64,000 nt of DNA from Chiloscyllium plagiosum (taxonomy: Eukaryota), in the NCBI RefSeq assembly GCF_004010195.1, contig NC_057737.1, positions 30,629,014 through 30,693,013 of the forward strand, written 5' to 3'. The translations under genes and the position numbers were made by a program. A model generated the notes under the pieces. The model had not been told where the DNA came from. It did no database searches and saw only the letters and a program-made list of their open reading frames with translations. Below, piece after piece: positions 1 through 13,040 of this stretch. Positions within the stretch are counted from its first letter, which is position 1; each line of letters starts with the position of its first letter.

Positions 1-700
1 CCCTGGTCTTCCTGCTGCTAAACACAAATAGCTTGAGTACTTCCTCAGAAATCCATTGATTTTTTTTTTGCAAGTATTTTTGAACCTCCTTCCAAGAACA
101 ATGATAACAAATGAATAATCTGCATCATAGACAATCCATAACTTATACTCTCAGCATATTGCAAAAACATCCAGTAGTAATTCTCTTCAGTATTTAGGTT
201 GGAATCAGCAGGAAAGATCCCAGCAAATAATCTACCATTGACAAAACTGCAAGGATTTTTGTCACGGGGAGCCATAAAATGATGCTAGAAATTAGATGAA
301 AGGGGAGAATGCTGAGGAAGTGAAGAGCAGCTTTGCTCCTTTCCATTGTACTTCCTCCCTACTTTCAGACAGCTATCTCTCCATAGCAGCATACTTCATA
401 TTACATCAATGACTATGGGAAGGCTGCTCAGCAGAACACCATTTCCAATCTCACTGACTCAAGATGAATAAAATCTCTGGATTAAACTTGTCAAAAGCCT
501 TTAAGATCCTGAATACAGCCACTGAAACCCTTCCACAGTTTCCTTTTCTTGGATAGCAAGAGTTAAGTGGGCAGCGTTTTGCTACATCTTTAAAGTTTCA
601 TGACTTGCATAATATGGCAACAAGTGTTACACACACTATTCCAACAAGAATGATTAAATATCTTATTTAGGCTTGGCGTCACATTCTATTATTTGAGTTC
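1..700 (-). mobile_element. Heavily degraded non-LTR retrotransposon RT remnant (possibly I/Nimb-group)
   Basis: Minus strand gives VAVF-D-KAFD-like (about 530-490) and GNGV-like (about 450-410) motifs, then a YADD-like region near 130, in RT order. No intact ORF. Confidence 0.4.
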
Positions 701-759
701 TGTTCAACACACTCAATATCCTCTTAGCCTTACTTATCATGCAATGCAGACGTTTCAGT

Positions 760-1100
760 TATTGTTTCCTAACACATCCACAATCTTCTCTTGAGCTGTA
801 GCCTAAGCACATTTAGTTTCGCCTTCCAGTGTTAAATTTCCTTCACAGGTCACATTCCTTTGCACTACTTATAGTGAATTAAATTTTCAATATTTTGGTC
901 CAACACTCCAATCCATTTAGATCACCCTGAACCTGATCAGAATGTTCCTCATTTGTTGGTTTATTCAGTATCTCCACTTTTAGTCATTGGTTTACAATTG
1001 GAAAGCAAGGTCTCAGCACTGATGCTTACGCTTTGCACAGCCATTTCCTGTCAATTCAGCAGAGCTCCAACATAACTACTGTCCCCTTTATGATGGGCCA
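760..1100 (-). mobile_element. Old CR1 LINE fragment
   Basis: Degenerate CR1 RT antisense signature (ggtctcagcactgat, ccactttt-agtcatt). Confidence 0.4.
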
Positions 1101-1210
1101 AATGGTTTACTTTTGTTCTGTAAAAGTTCTGTGAATGTCACTCAGGAATCAACAGATCTTTATAGTTGTACAATTTTCAAATTGGCATAGAACATGGGAC
1201 TTGTGAGCAT

Positions 1211-2100
1211 AAAGACTATATAACATAGGAGTAACAGTAAACCATTCGGCCGATTGAGTTTGGTCTGCTATTTAGTGTTGATCTGATAACCCTTAACTCC
1301 ACTTTCCTGCCTTTTCCCCATCCCCTCGATTCCCTTACTGATTAAAAATCTGTCTATGTCAGCCTTGGATATAGTTAATGACCCAGCCTTGAGAACTGTT
1401 TGCAGTAAAGAACTTTACAGATTCACTACACTCTTAGAGGAAAGAAACCTTCCTCATCTCTGCCTTATATGGGTGACACCTTACTTTCCCACAAGGTGGA
1501 ATCATTCTCAGCAACTAACCTGTCAAGCCCCATAAGAATCTTACATGTTTCAATAAAGTCACCACTTATTCTTCTAAACTCTAATGAGCGCTAGCTGAAC
1601 CTCCTCAACCTCTCCTTCTATGAAAATCCATGCATTCCTGTGATCAATCGAATGAACCTTCTCTGGACTGCTTCCATTGCCAATATATCTTTCCATGGAT
1701 AAGGGGATTAAAAACCTCACAATATTCTACGTGTGATTTGATTAATCCCTTGCGTTGTTTTACAAAATTTCCTTATTTTTATATTCCATTCCCTTTGAAA
1801 AAATCCCAGCATTCCATTTCTCTTCCCTATCACCTGCTGACCTTGTGTGCTTTTTGTGATTAATGCATGAGGAATCCCAGATCCTTCCTGCTGCATCTTT
1901 CTGCAGACCTTCTCCATTTAAATAATATTTAGCTCCTCTATTCCTCCTGCTAAAGTTCTTAACCTCACTCTTTTCCAGACTATAGTCAAACTGCACGTTT
2001 TTACCCACTTGTTTAACTTGTCCGTGTCCATTTGTAGACTCTTTGTGTTGTCCTCATGATTTGCCTTCTCACATATATTTGTGTCATCTGCAAACTTTAC
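1211..2100 (-). mobile_element. CR1 LINE 3' fragment
   Basis: ORF 1918..2169 contains KFADDTNI (RT motif); CR1-type 3' UTR/tail (aacataggag...ccattcggcc) near 1211-1260. Confidence 0.85.
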
Positions 2101-2382
2101 CAACAACACCCCTGTTTTTCCAACCCTCCTTGCAATAGTATAGCAAAAGCACTGCTGAATTTGAGCCATGAATTTCTCTTCATTCCTGATATTTAATCAA
2201 CAAGATTTGTTTGCATTGGCTTTCATCAGAATGTATTACTGACTTGCTCTGAAGATTCCACGTTTCTTTGTTTCAGTACAGTCTTCTCTAGGAAATATTC
2301 TGACCTCTTAGGTTCGGCTGCACTTTCTTTAGAGGTCTTTCTGTCCTTTTCAAGCAATAATATACCTCTTGATCTTTTTCAG

Positions 2383-2500
2383 GACACCCGCCATGATTGG
2401 ATGTTCATTTGTGGTGAATAGATTGTTCTTTGGTGAGATTGGCCTTTTGGACTCTGGAATGGACGTTTATGGTGGAGAAAACATAGAACTGGGGATTAAG
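2383..2500 (+). CDS. GALNT17: Internal coding exon of polypeptide N-acetylgalactosaminyltransferase 17 (WBSCR17-like)
   Basis: Polypyrimidine tract and AG at 2381-2382; 118-bp exon translating (R)TPAMIGCSFVVNRLFFGEIGLLDSGMDVYGGENIELGIK; GT donor at 2501. The YGGEN Gal/GalNAc-T motif marks the GALNT8/9/17/18 subfamily, and VNR.FFGEIG / ENIELGIK match GALNT17 as I recall it. Confidence 0.9.
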
Positions 2501-2620
2501 GTTTGTGGATAACCTCTTTAGATATTGTGTTTCTGAATATTGTATGTTTGGACCTCATCAAAGCTCATCATGGTGAGAGATACATCATGTAGAGTTGCTG
2601 CTAACATTCTCTTTCTTGGT

Positions 2621-4054
2621 AGGAAATCTGCAGGACCTGGTTGCTCTAGTATGTGCAGAAAAAGATAATGTGGTAGTCTCATGAGAAGAGATACTTACCT
2701 TAAATATGATGTTGTTTGTTGCAAGTAGCAACCAAGAATTAGTTACTTTGACACAATAGACATTGTCACTCAGACAATGAAGGAGACTTCATTGTTAGAT
2801 CTTACTTGTTTGAATTACAAAGTTATTCTTTTGCCTGTGTCCACATTATATCATCACATTGGGTGGTGCTTCATGCATTCCTCAGCATTAATCATTTCAG
2901 GTCCTTACACCCTTATTCCAACAATGGACTATGAAGAATTTTTTTTTTCTCCCATGTAGCCTGTAATCTGACTTGGGTTTGCTCAACTGAAAAGCTTATT
3001 GTCCATTGACAAGGATGAATTAGCATTGTATCAGACAACCTTCTGTGAAATTTCATCTTGATACCAATGGCCTGTTGGTCACAAGCATAAAAATTCAGAA
3101 TACTCAGCCACAGAAAAGGGTCATATTGTTTCTCAAGGCAGTGCTGGTCTTTTCCACTGTAAGAGTTATCTAGGCTAATGATACTTTCTTGGTCACTTCC
3201 CATATCTTTTAAAATATTTCTTTTACCTCTTTCTAATTTCCCTTTAGAATAATATATCAATTGCTTTAGCAATGGTTTATGACAGATTTCCACCATTCTA
3301 TCCAATTTGTGTTAATGTTGTATTACTGTCTTACCAAACAATAAAAGAACCTAACAATACTTAGTTCTTCATAACCCTGGATAAATTTAAAGAATCTATC
3401 AAGTCACTCTTTTCCTCTTCTGAACTAGTGAACAGAGACCTTGGTTTTCAGCTCTTCAAAATTGAACTCGTTATCCCTGTGAATCTCAATTAGCACTTCC
3501 ATCAATGTTACAATCTCCTATAATGGAGTGCTGAAAACTGTATATAATATTCCAGGTGTGGCCTAACTAGTACGTACAAGCACAAAAACATTTCCAGGTA
3601 TTTATTGGTGTATTGTCTGCCTTCAAATACAAAAGCTGAGGGCAAGTATTTCATCTACACAAAACTATTTACACTCACCACAGAGTAGCAGTTTTGAAAG
3701 AGGAAAGCCAGGCAGGTTATGCAGGCAATGGGCCTGAATTCTTCCAGCCCAGGAGGAATAGCCATAAGTCTGCATAGGCACTACATAAACACATTTTTCC
3801 TCAGACTCCATTTGTATTTTGGATAATGTAATATTGCTACTTCTGCTGTTGTCACCTTTATTAACATATGCAGTTGAACACCAAAACCCTTCAACTCCGT
3901 GTTCAATTTGACTACTTAATATACCCGAATCCTTCCTAATTAAATATTAACCAGAATATATTGTTTTAATAATATGTTTACAAACAGGAAATCTGCAGGA
4001 CTTGGTTGCTCTAGTATGTGCAGAGAAAGACAATTTGGTAATCTCGTGAGAAGA
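2621..4054 (+). repeat. 69-bp direct repeat pair (2621-2689 and 3986-4054)
   Basis: aggaaatctgcaggac(c/t)tggttgctctagtatgtgcaga...gagaaga occurs twice. Confidence 0.85.
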
Positions 4055-4760
4055 CACAATAATGACTCTACATAACAATAGATCACAAAGTATTTATAAC
4101 CTGGTGAACCAGAAAATTTTATGTGATTTATTTCCTCATTCATATTGTAACCTTATTTTATATAAAGTTGTTGTGCCTTCACCTGTTTAAAGGTTTTATG
4201 TAAAATAAATACTTCTGAGCCTTCTATCCTATTTTTGTAAATCTGCTATTGGGGGAAAGCAGATCCTTAAAATATTAGTTAACATTATAATCCATCATTG
4301 ATTTCCACAGTATCAGAATGATAAAACCCCCTGTCTTCAGGTACAGCACATCTTTGCTTTGAGATCAAACCCAATCAACTTCATTGTTAAGCATGTTAAT
4401 CAAACAATCTAGGATTTTCTTATGTCAATGAGATAATAGCCTTTTATACATTCAGGATGAAACACTGAGAATTTTGCTTTGGTGACATCAGTGGATGAAT
4501 ACTTAGTGCCTTCTAATGGACAATCTCTGCTAATTCAAGTGATAACCTAGTATTCAGAATAGATTAATACCTTCCCTGAAATATTGGACAAAAATTAGAA
4601 TCAAAAGGTGTTAAGTATTTATCTATTAATACTATGAATGTTCATTTCTGATTTATTATGAGCAGTCTGCAATATGAATTAATTAGTTTTAGTTATTGTT
4701 AATTTTACATTCTTCGAATATACTCACTGCAGATATGTAACATGCTTTGTGAGGCTGAAC

Positions 4761-5219
4761 AAGTCAATTGTGGATGGAAACAGAAATTGCTGGTAAAGCT
4801 CAGCAGGTCTGGCAGCATCTGTGGACAGAAATCAGAGTTAATTTCGGGTCCAGTCACCCTTCCTCAGTTCTGACCTAAAATATAAATCTGATACCTCTCC
4901 ACAGCTGCTGCCAGAACCGCTGAGCTCTTCCAGCAATTTCTGTTTCCATCCACAATTGACTTTTTCTGAACTGTGGAAGCTGTAAATCAGAAACAAAAGC
5001 AGAAATTGCTGGAAGAGCTCAGCAGGTCTGGCAGCATCTGTGGACAGAAATCAGAGTTAACATTTCGGGTCCAGTCACCCTTCCTCAGTTCTGACCTAAA
5101 ATATAAATCTGATACCTTTCCACAGCTGCTGCCAGAACCGCTGAGCTTTACCAGCAATTTCTGCTTTTGTTTCTGATTTATAGCTTCCACAGTTCATTTG
5201 GTTTCAATTGTGGATGGAA
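4761..5219. mobile_element. Tandem pair of Penelope-derived hairpin elements with hammerhead-like cores
   Basis: Palindromes at 4761-4962 and 4967-5196. Minus strand of each loop reads CTGAGGA-A-GGGT-gactgg-ACCC-GAAA. tcaattgtggatggaa repeats at 4764-4779 and 5204-5219. Confidence 0.8.
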
Positions 5220-7074
5220 TGTGTGCTCTTTTAGCTTAATACTAAAAATGAAAAACGTGTAATTTACTGTACTCTATTAACAAATAAATCTCTTCTGAGG
5301 AACATTGCTAATTGTCATTCCATTAGAGAAGAACCTACAACTAATGAGGGGCTAGTTCTTATGTTTTCCTACTTATGTTTCTAATCATAAGTACTTGAAG
5401 ATATGTGGGTTCGATAGTTCTGCTAAGGGAAGATAGCGTGCACATTTTGAATGTGAGTGGATTTCAAACTTTCTCTCCCTGGATGATTTCCAGATTCTCC
5501 CCCTCAGCTGCAATTTGTCCTATAGAAGATTACTTTAGACAGCAAGTGACTTGAGATTCCAAAGTCACACGGAGGACCAAAAACTTTGGCTGGTTTATGA
5601 TAACCGATTGTCAGTTTCTGTGAGTGTACCTCAAGAGGCTACTGTTCAGATGTTGGGTGAGAATAAATCAGCTCAAGCATCTCAGATTAGGGATCATTGT
5701 GTGAAATCAGGCTTTATTAATTTGAACCTGAGGTATTCCTTGAAAGAATAGTGCTTATTATCTGTACTGTTATTTGTTGATTAATACATCAAAGCACATT
5801 GGTGGTGGATGGAAAACAGTATCTGCAGATGTTGTGGGCTCTTCTGTGATGTTTGTCCAAGGCATCAGTCTCATTATTGATCTTCTTCTGTTAAAGGGGA
5901 ACAAGAACTCAGGAAATGTGACTGATGTGAACAGTCACAAGTCTGGACCGAGGAGCTTCAATATCCAGAATGTTCTGGATCAAAACTAAGAGCTGAGATC
6001 TTGACGACCAAGCCCATTAGGGAATTTTACATTTTGCCAGACATGTATTGGTAAAAAACTATACACAACATTTGTAGTGAGGGGATTACGAGATGGACTT
6101 GAACCTGTTAATCCCGAAGGCAAAGTGTTTTCAGGTGCAGCAGGTTGATTTGGGCAGTGACAGGTTGGTTAGAATGGTTACCACACGTCTCTGGGAGTCT
6201 GTACCTTCTCTGGTGATCTTTATGTATGTAGCCCTCACCCTTTAGAGCCCATTGCCTTGCCCAACATCTCTTGTTCATTATACTTTTGTCTCCACTCATG
6301 CTATCCAAGCATGCCATACTTATTTATATTCTCTGTGCCAATTCAACACCACCATATGCCCCAAGCCACCCCATGCCCCCTATACTCTCCATACCAACTC
6401 ATCACCTCCTTCTCATTCACACATTATGTGCACAATTAAAGAACAGAAATTGCTGAAAGAAAAGTTCACAAATTTTCTTTTCAAAATAAAGCTGCTGTTC
6501 ATAGAACACTATAAAAATGGCAATCAGACACACTGTTAATGTATCAATAACAATGCACTGTGTGCCCCTTAATCTTATCCAAATTAAAAACTGAGACATT
6601 AAGAAATTCTGTCACAGATCGAACAACTTATAACTATTTGATTATGTCAATCAAGCAAAGACAACAATTCATGTTAGCTGTTGAAATAGTATGCCTGCCT
6701 GAGCCGATGATTATATTGATTTGGACACAGTTTGAGTGTACACAATCCTAGAACTGAGTCTCATTCACCCTTTTTAAATATCTCCAGAGTCATTCTGATT
6801 CCATGAAAATCTGGGGCTGGGAACTGTAGCTGATGTTAATGGGTTACAGATTTTCAATTTACAGCTGCCTTCTGAGAAATCAATGGTTGCACTCACACAT
6901 CTGAGTTGAGCTATTGTGTTCAAACCTCAATACAGGGCGAGGCTGACAACAGGTTCAGGATTGTGGGAGTGTTTAAATGGTTATTTTTAGGTTAGATGTT
7001 AGGCCTGCATATTGATAGAGATATGAGAGCTTCCATGGCACAGATATAAGTAGCAGAACAGATAAAGCAGAAGA

Positions 7075-9170
7075 AAAAAGATTATTTGTGTTTGGATTTC
7101 CAAAATGAGTTAGTAAGACAGCACTACACAAGGGTTCATGATTTTAGGTATAATATTATTAGCATTGACAGATGATTGTCTAGCTAACAAACAAACAGTC
7201 AGAACGTTTGGGTCATTTTTAAGTTTGGTGCATGTAACTAATGGTGTACCACAGGGATCAGTACTGCGGCTTCAATTCTTTACAATCTATAATAATTCTT
7301 AGACAAAATCAATGTATTGTAGCAAAATTTGCTGGTGGCACAAAGCAGGAAGCTAGTTGTGAGGAGGATACAATGGGTCTGCAAACAGATATGGAAAGGT
7401 TGGGCAGAATTTTCATGTGATAACAGAGACTGTGCACTTTATGTGAAATAACACTGAGGCCCCAATACCAGAATTCAAGCCTACAATTTATAACTGATCA
7501 TCCTTTAGCAAGTAGTGGAAAGGTAGTGAAAATAGAATCTGTCAGAAATGGGAACAGGACCTGGGAGAGACCCAAACCTAGGAGAGCCATTTCAATTCAG
7601 GGCTGAGTTCAAATTGACTCTAATTTTTAATGAAACAGGTCTTTATCCAGCAGTGTGTGACTTACTTTGTTTTTAGAGTGGACATAAATGGTACATAAGA
7701 TCTCTGGAATTGTCAAGCTGTCATATTATTTAAATCCCTTACACTTAAAATACAGCATGCTGATCTTTGAATTAAAAGAAAAATATTTGCAGTTTCGATA
7801 GTTGTTTGTTGAATATCATGGGTTATCATTATAGCATTATTACTGCTTGACTACTACCACAGTTCATCATTATCATAGTGGGGTGCTATAAATTCAGTTT
7901 GATTAAAAGTTTAGAGAAATTATCGAGGAATTAGCTGTTAATTTGGAGCAATGTATACAAATGTTTAATTTCATAAAAAATAAGGACTAGAAAGTTTTTA
8001 AATAATAGAATAGAATTTCTCTCAAATGTTTAATAGATATTTAGAATATTATGTATTGAGGTTTGCCTATTGTGGGTACTGAATGAGATGGCATGGAGAA
8101 TGCATTGGCAAAGGTTATTGTGGTGGGGGTAGGGGGTAATGAGTCCAAATAGAAATGTTCAGTTAGTAAAGTGAATGTAAAGACTCATGAGGATGTGTGG
8201 GGTGTTCATTCTACTGACATAAGTTGACACAAAGTTGGCAGAGTACTGAGATGAGGACCATGGAAATAAGTGGAAAGTTATAGACTGGCATGAAGAGTGT
8301 GAGGGACCATCAATGGTGAGTAGAGGAACAGAGTTGGCATGAAGGGTTTGAGAGGCCATTGGGATGGGTGCATAGGTTGACATGAATGAGCACTAGAAGT
8401 GTGTGAGGAAGTGGGAGGGATACATTGCAGCTGGCAAGAAAGTCACACAGCATGGTGGCTCAGTGGTTAGCACTGTTGCCTCACAGTACCATAGACCCGG
8501 ATTCGAGTGTGGAGTTTGCACATTCTCCCCGTGTCTGCATGGGTTTGCTCTGGTTTTCTCTCACCATCCAAAGATGTGCAGTGCAGGTGAACTGGCCATG
8601 CTAAAATTGCACATAGTGTTCAGGGATGTGTGGGTTAGGTGCATTAGTTAGCGGTAAATGTAGGGGAATGGGTCTAGGTGGGTTACTCTTCGGACAATCG
8701 GTGTAGACTTACAGGGCCAATTGGCCTGTTTCCACACTATAGGAATTCTATGAGGCTAGTCTTTTAACCAGCCTCAGTGATTGCCTTTGAACTGGTTCCA
8801 GGGGCAGTGAGCCTGACACGCTCACTGCTTTTTTCTCTCAAAATGGTCAGTTCGAAAATGTACCCCTCTCTGACCCTTACCACAGGAGCAAACACCCAGG
8901 CTGTAAAATAAGTGGGCAAATATTTAGCAGCTTGAGTGTAATGTAGGAAAATTTGAAATTGCCCATATTGGCAAGAAGATGAGAAAAGTGAAATATTGTT
9001 TAAATGCAGAGTCCTATAATGCAAAGGGATCTGGGTGGCTTCATACATGAATCACAAAAAGCTAGCATGCAGATACAGCAAATAATTTATGCAAATGTGA
9101 TGTATTAAAACACAGCTTGCTACAGCTATATAGGTTAATGGGGAGACCATACCTACAGTAAATTGAGGGG
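7075..9170 (+). mobile_element. Old CR1 RT fragment split into about 7075-7410 and 8890-9170 by later insertions
   Basis: LDFQ..., GVPQGSVL (gtaccacagggatcagtactg) and KFA..TK motifs; continuation ataagtgggcaaat...tgtaatgtaggaaaa. Confidence 0.6.
8448..8753 (+). mobile_element. HE1-type V-SINE
   Basis: tRNA-like head tggtggctcagtggttagcactg, V-domain tgtggagtttgcacattctccccgtgtctgc, CR1-derived tail ggcctgtttccacact...ttctatga. Confidence 0.85.
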
Positions 9171-9194
9171 TGGTTTTCCCTGACTCTTTACACT

Positions 9195-10440
9195 CCTCTC
9201 ATTTCAAAGATTTTCGTTCAACCATTATTACTAGCCTGTTTGTCACTTGACAAGGGGTATATTAAGACTGCTTATCAAGTAAACAATTGTCTCCTTTGTC
9301 GATATGAGTCAATGATGCATGGTCTACTCTGCACAACAATGAACTCAGAATACCTTGGGAATTATTTTCTTATTTATCTAATTCACTGTTTGTATTTCCT
9401 TTTTCTCAATAAAGTCTGCCTTCATTGATACAGATATCACACTGTGAAACATAGCTCATAGGCTGTGAAGTGTATTGAGACACTTGAAAAGCATAAAAGA
9501 AAGTTTGTTTTATTTGCAGGTAGATACTGTAATGTTTAGCCATCCTCCCTATTTCAGAGATGAGAAAGATATTCAACTTTGACTTAGCCTCCATCATCTG
9601 TACTATGTGAACAAGGGATGCCTGGCAGAATTTATTGAGCCTAATCTTCTGTGAGGATTATGTTGATCTCCTATTGTAATGTAGGTTGGAGTTTGGCAGA
9701 ATCCGTGAGCTATAGAGTAAATACTGCAAATGGGGCTATTTAAGTTTTTGTCTCATGCTTTTTATTGAACTCCCGCTAAAGTGGTAATGGGAAATCTGGG
9801 CAGCTCCCATCTAATGTTTAGAACCAATCAGTAATATCACAATGAGCAATTAAACTTGACAATGTATCATGCCCCAACATTCAGAAGAAAAATCCACCAT
9901 CAAACTGTTATAGTTTTATGACTTTGATTAGCCTGATATTGGAGTGAGACTTCTGTATTCCCAATATATTTTAGAAATGGGGATCTCTAGAGTGTTTGTT
10001 GAAGGACACTTGCACCATCTACAATTTATTCCCATATAATTGTGTTTCATAATGTATATCAGTACAAATAGTACAAAGATTGAGCTTGAAGCTGGAATGA
10101 GCTGCAAGATCTATATGAAAATACTGAAAATTTAACAAAGTATATGCAGGCATCATACACAGCAACTCAATTCTTGCAGAGTAATGAATTTTGTGCAGCA
10201 TTAAGTCAGGTGAATAATATGTCTTTGTTGGTTATTTTCAGAGCTGAATAGACCAGTCCAACTAATTCAAACCCCTTTTATGCTATCATTTTAGTGGTTT
10301 TCTTTCAATTATCTTTACTAGCCTGTTTATGTCTTGAAAAGAGGCATATAAGACTGCTGGTCAAGTAAACAATTGTCCACTTTGTGAACATAATTGTGAG
10401 TCAATGATACAAGATCTGTTACCCTCAACAATGAAATCAG
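9195..10440 (+). repeat. Diverged ~150-bp direct repeat pair (about 9195-9350 and 10275-10440)
   Basis: Shared ttactagcctgttt...aagactgct..tcaagtaaacaattgtc...gagtcaatgat...caacaatgaa.tcag. Confidence 0.7.
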
Positions 10441-11109
10441 CACATTACAATGAGCCTGGAAAAATACCTAGTGCACTTAAACAACCTCCTAATATCATCC
10501 TTTAGCATCAAAGAATGTCTAATGGCTGTAGCATGTTTAAATGCTGCTTGCTGACCCTATGCACCATCAGTTAGTTCACAAATTGTATTTGTGTTAGGGA
10601 GCAACAAGCAACAACTCTGCTGTCTAGCAGATGAGGGAGGTTGAGTGGTAGAGATGTTTAGGGAAGAGTGTGGAATCTATGAAGCATATAATAGGGCATA
10701 ATATGTTTGAAGGTTTGCTGTAGATATTTAAATATTTCTCCTGGTGGCTATATGCTTGCGATAATTGTTTGCCTCCTATGGCTCATGCTTCGGGCAGATC
10801 CCAGTGACTGGCATTCCAAGTCCTTCATCACTTCCATGTATTAAGTATTGAGCGTGCTGCAATAGAACTGATCTTAAACTATCAGGTACATTCGCAGCAC
10901 AGTTTACCCATTTATGCCCCCCTCATATGCACTGGTCCTTAAGGTACTTTAGGTGATTGGATGATGATATTCCAACCAGCCTATTTTTTACAAGCTTGGC
11001 AGATAGATTCTTTACCATAATTTCTGAATGTGGCAAGTTCAGTGAAACTTAAAGTAAAACTTTAACCATGATTTGTTCCATTTTTTTCGTAAATATGATG
11101 AAGACAGTT

Positions 11110-11540
11110 TCACTGAATGATGCAGCATATCAGGAGGTTATATGCTATCTCTTTGAAAGAGCTGTCCAATTAGTTTGACTTGTCTGTTCTAACCTCACAC
11201 TCCTGCAAATGTTTCCACTTCAAGTTTTTATCTGCACACCCCTGCAAATATTCAACCACTTCAAGTATTTATTCAATTCACTTTTGAAAATTAGGATTGA
11301 ATCTTTTTCAAAATCCCTTTCAGGCAGTGCATTCCACATTATTACAGGTAACTGGACAATATTTTTCCCTCATATTAACTCTTGCTGTTTTGCCAGTTAC
11401 ATTAAATCGTTCTCCTCTGATTATTGACCTTTCTGCCACTGAAAACAATTTCTCTTCATTTACTTTATCAAAACTGTTCATGGCTTCTAACAATTTGCAC
11501 CATAAGTTTCTCTTATTTAAGAGAAAGACCTCAAACTCTG
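11110..11540 (-). mobile_element. Old CR1 3' fragment
   Basis: ORF 11320..11622 (FDKVNEEKLFSVAE...RGERF) resembles the CR1 ORF2 C-terminus. Confidence 0.65.
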
Positions 11541-11681
11541 CAAGATATGAGGAAAGAACTGAAGTGAACTGATTGAATGGCTCATTGGAAGAACTGACAA
11601 ATAGCCTCCAACTATACTGCATCTTTCTGTAATTCTATGAAACTGTTTTTAAAAATTAAAAGGGGAAGAGGAAATAACAGG

Positions 11682-11803
11682 AGAAAGTGAGGACTGCAGA
11701 TGCTGGAGACCAGGGTTGAAAAGTGTGTTGCTGGAAAAACATAGCAGGCCAGGCAGCATCCGAGGAGCAGGAGAATCGACGTTTCAGGCATAAGCCCTTC
11801 TTC
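11682..11803 (-). mobile_element. Penelope pLTR-derived short element with hammerhead core and 13-bp TSD
   Basis: aggaaataacagg at 11669-11681 and 11804-11816; minus strand CTGAAGA-A-GGGC-ttat-GCCT-GAAAC-GTC. Confidence 0.8.
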
Positions 11804-11977
11804 AGGAAATAACAGGCCTTGTTTTGTGGAGTTAAAATAATACTGAAATATTACATCCCTAGTCCCATTGTAAATTTTCGGCTATATCGTTTTTATGTCC
11901 TTGATACATTTCCTAAAGTGTGATGCCAGAATTAACCACAAAACAGTGCAATCTGTGGCTGAACCAGTGACTTGTAA

Positions 11978-13040
11978 ATAGAGTCATAGAGTCATAGAGT
12001 CATAGAGATGTACAGTATGGAAACAGACCCTTTGGTCCAACCCATCCATGCCGACCAGATATCCCAACCCAATCTATTCACACCTGTCAGCACCCGGCCC
12101 ATATCCCTCCAAACCCTTCCTATTCATATACCCATCCAAATGCCTCTTAAATGTTGTAATTGTACCAGCCTCCACCACATCCTCTGGCAGCTCATTCCAT
12201 ACCTGTACCAGCCTCTGTAGTCTCTTTTATATCTTTCCCCTCTCACCCTAAACCTATGCCCTCTAGTTCTCAACTCCCTGACACTAGGGAAAAGACTTTG
12301 CCTATTTACCCTATCCATGCCCCTCATAATTTTGTAAACGTATACAAAGTCACCCCTCAGCCTCCAATGCTCCAGGGAAAACAGCCCCAGCCTGTTCAGC
12401 CTCTTCCTATAGCTCAAATCCTCCAACCCTGGCAACATCCCTGTAAATTTTTCCTGAACCCTTTCAAGTTTCACAACATCTTTCCAACAGGAAGGAGACC
12501 AGAATTGCACGCAATATTCCAACAGTGGCCTAACCAATGTCCTATACAGCCGCAACATGACTTCCCAACCCCTGTACTCAGTACTCTGACCAATAAAAGA
12601 AAGCATATCAAACGCCTTCTTCACTATCCTATCTACCTGCGACTCCACTTTCAAGGAGCTATGAACCTGCACTCCAAGGTCTTTTTGTTCAGCTACACTA
12701 TCTAGGACCTTACCATTAAGTGTATAAGTCCTGCTAAGATTTGCTTTCCCAAAATGCAGCACCTCGCAATTATCTGAATTAAACTCCATCTGCCACTTCT
12801 CAGCCCATTGGCCCATCTGGTCAAGATTCTGTTGTAATCTGAGGTAACCCCCTTCGCTGTCCGCAACACCTCCAATTTTGGTGTCATTTGTAAACTTACT
12901 AACTGTACCTCTTATGCCTGAATCCAAATCATTTATGTAAATGACAAAAGTAAAGGACCCAGCACCGATCCTTGTGGCACTCCACTGGTCTCAGACCTCT
13001 AGTCTGAAAAACAACCTCCACCACCACCCTCTGTCTTCTA
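11978..13040 (-). mobile_element. Young 5'-truncated CR1 LINE
   Basis: 267-aa ORF 12124..12927 with KF..DTKIGG and RPLLEYCVQFWSP; (tcatagag)n 3' tail at 11978-12008. Confidence 0.95.

Noticed and set aside
4973-5190. Near-identical 67-aa ORFs on opposite strands
   Set aside because: Artefact of the palindromic repeat.
8448-8520. tRNA gene
   Set aside because: The tRNA-like A/B boxes are the head of an HE1 SINE, followed by its V-domain and LINE tail; the same applies to the other HE1 copies.
12124-12927. 267-aa ORF as a host gene
   Set aside because: It is a truncated CR1 ORF2; likewise 19048..19647 and 30964..31701.
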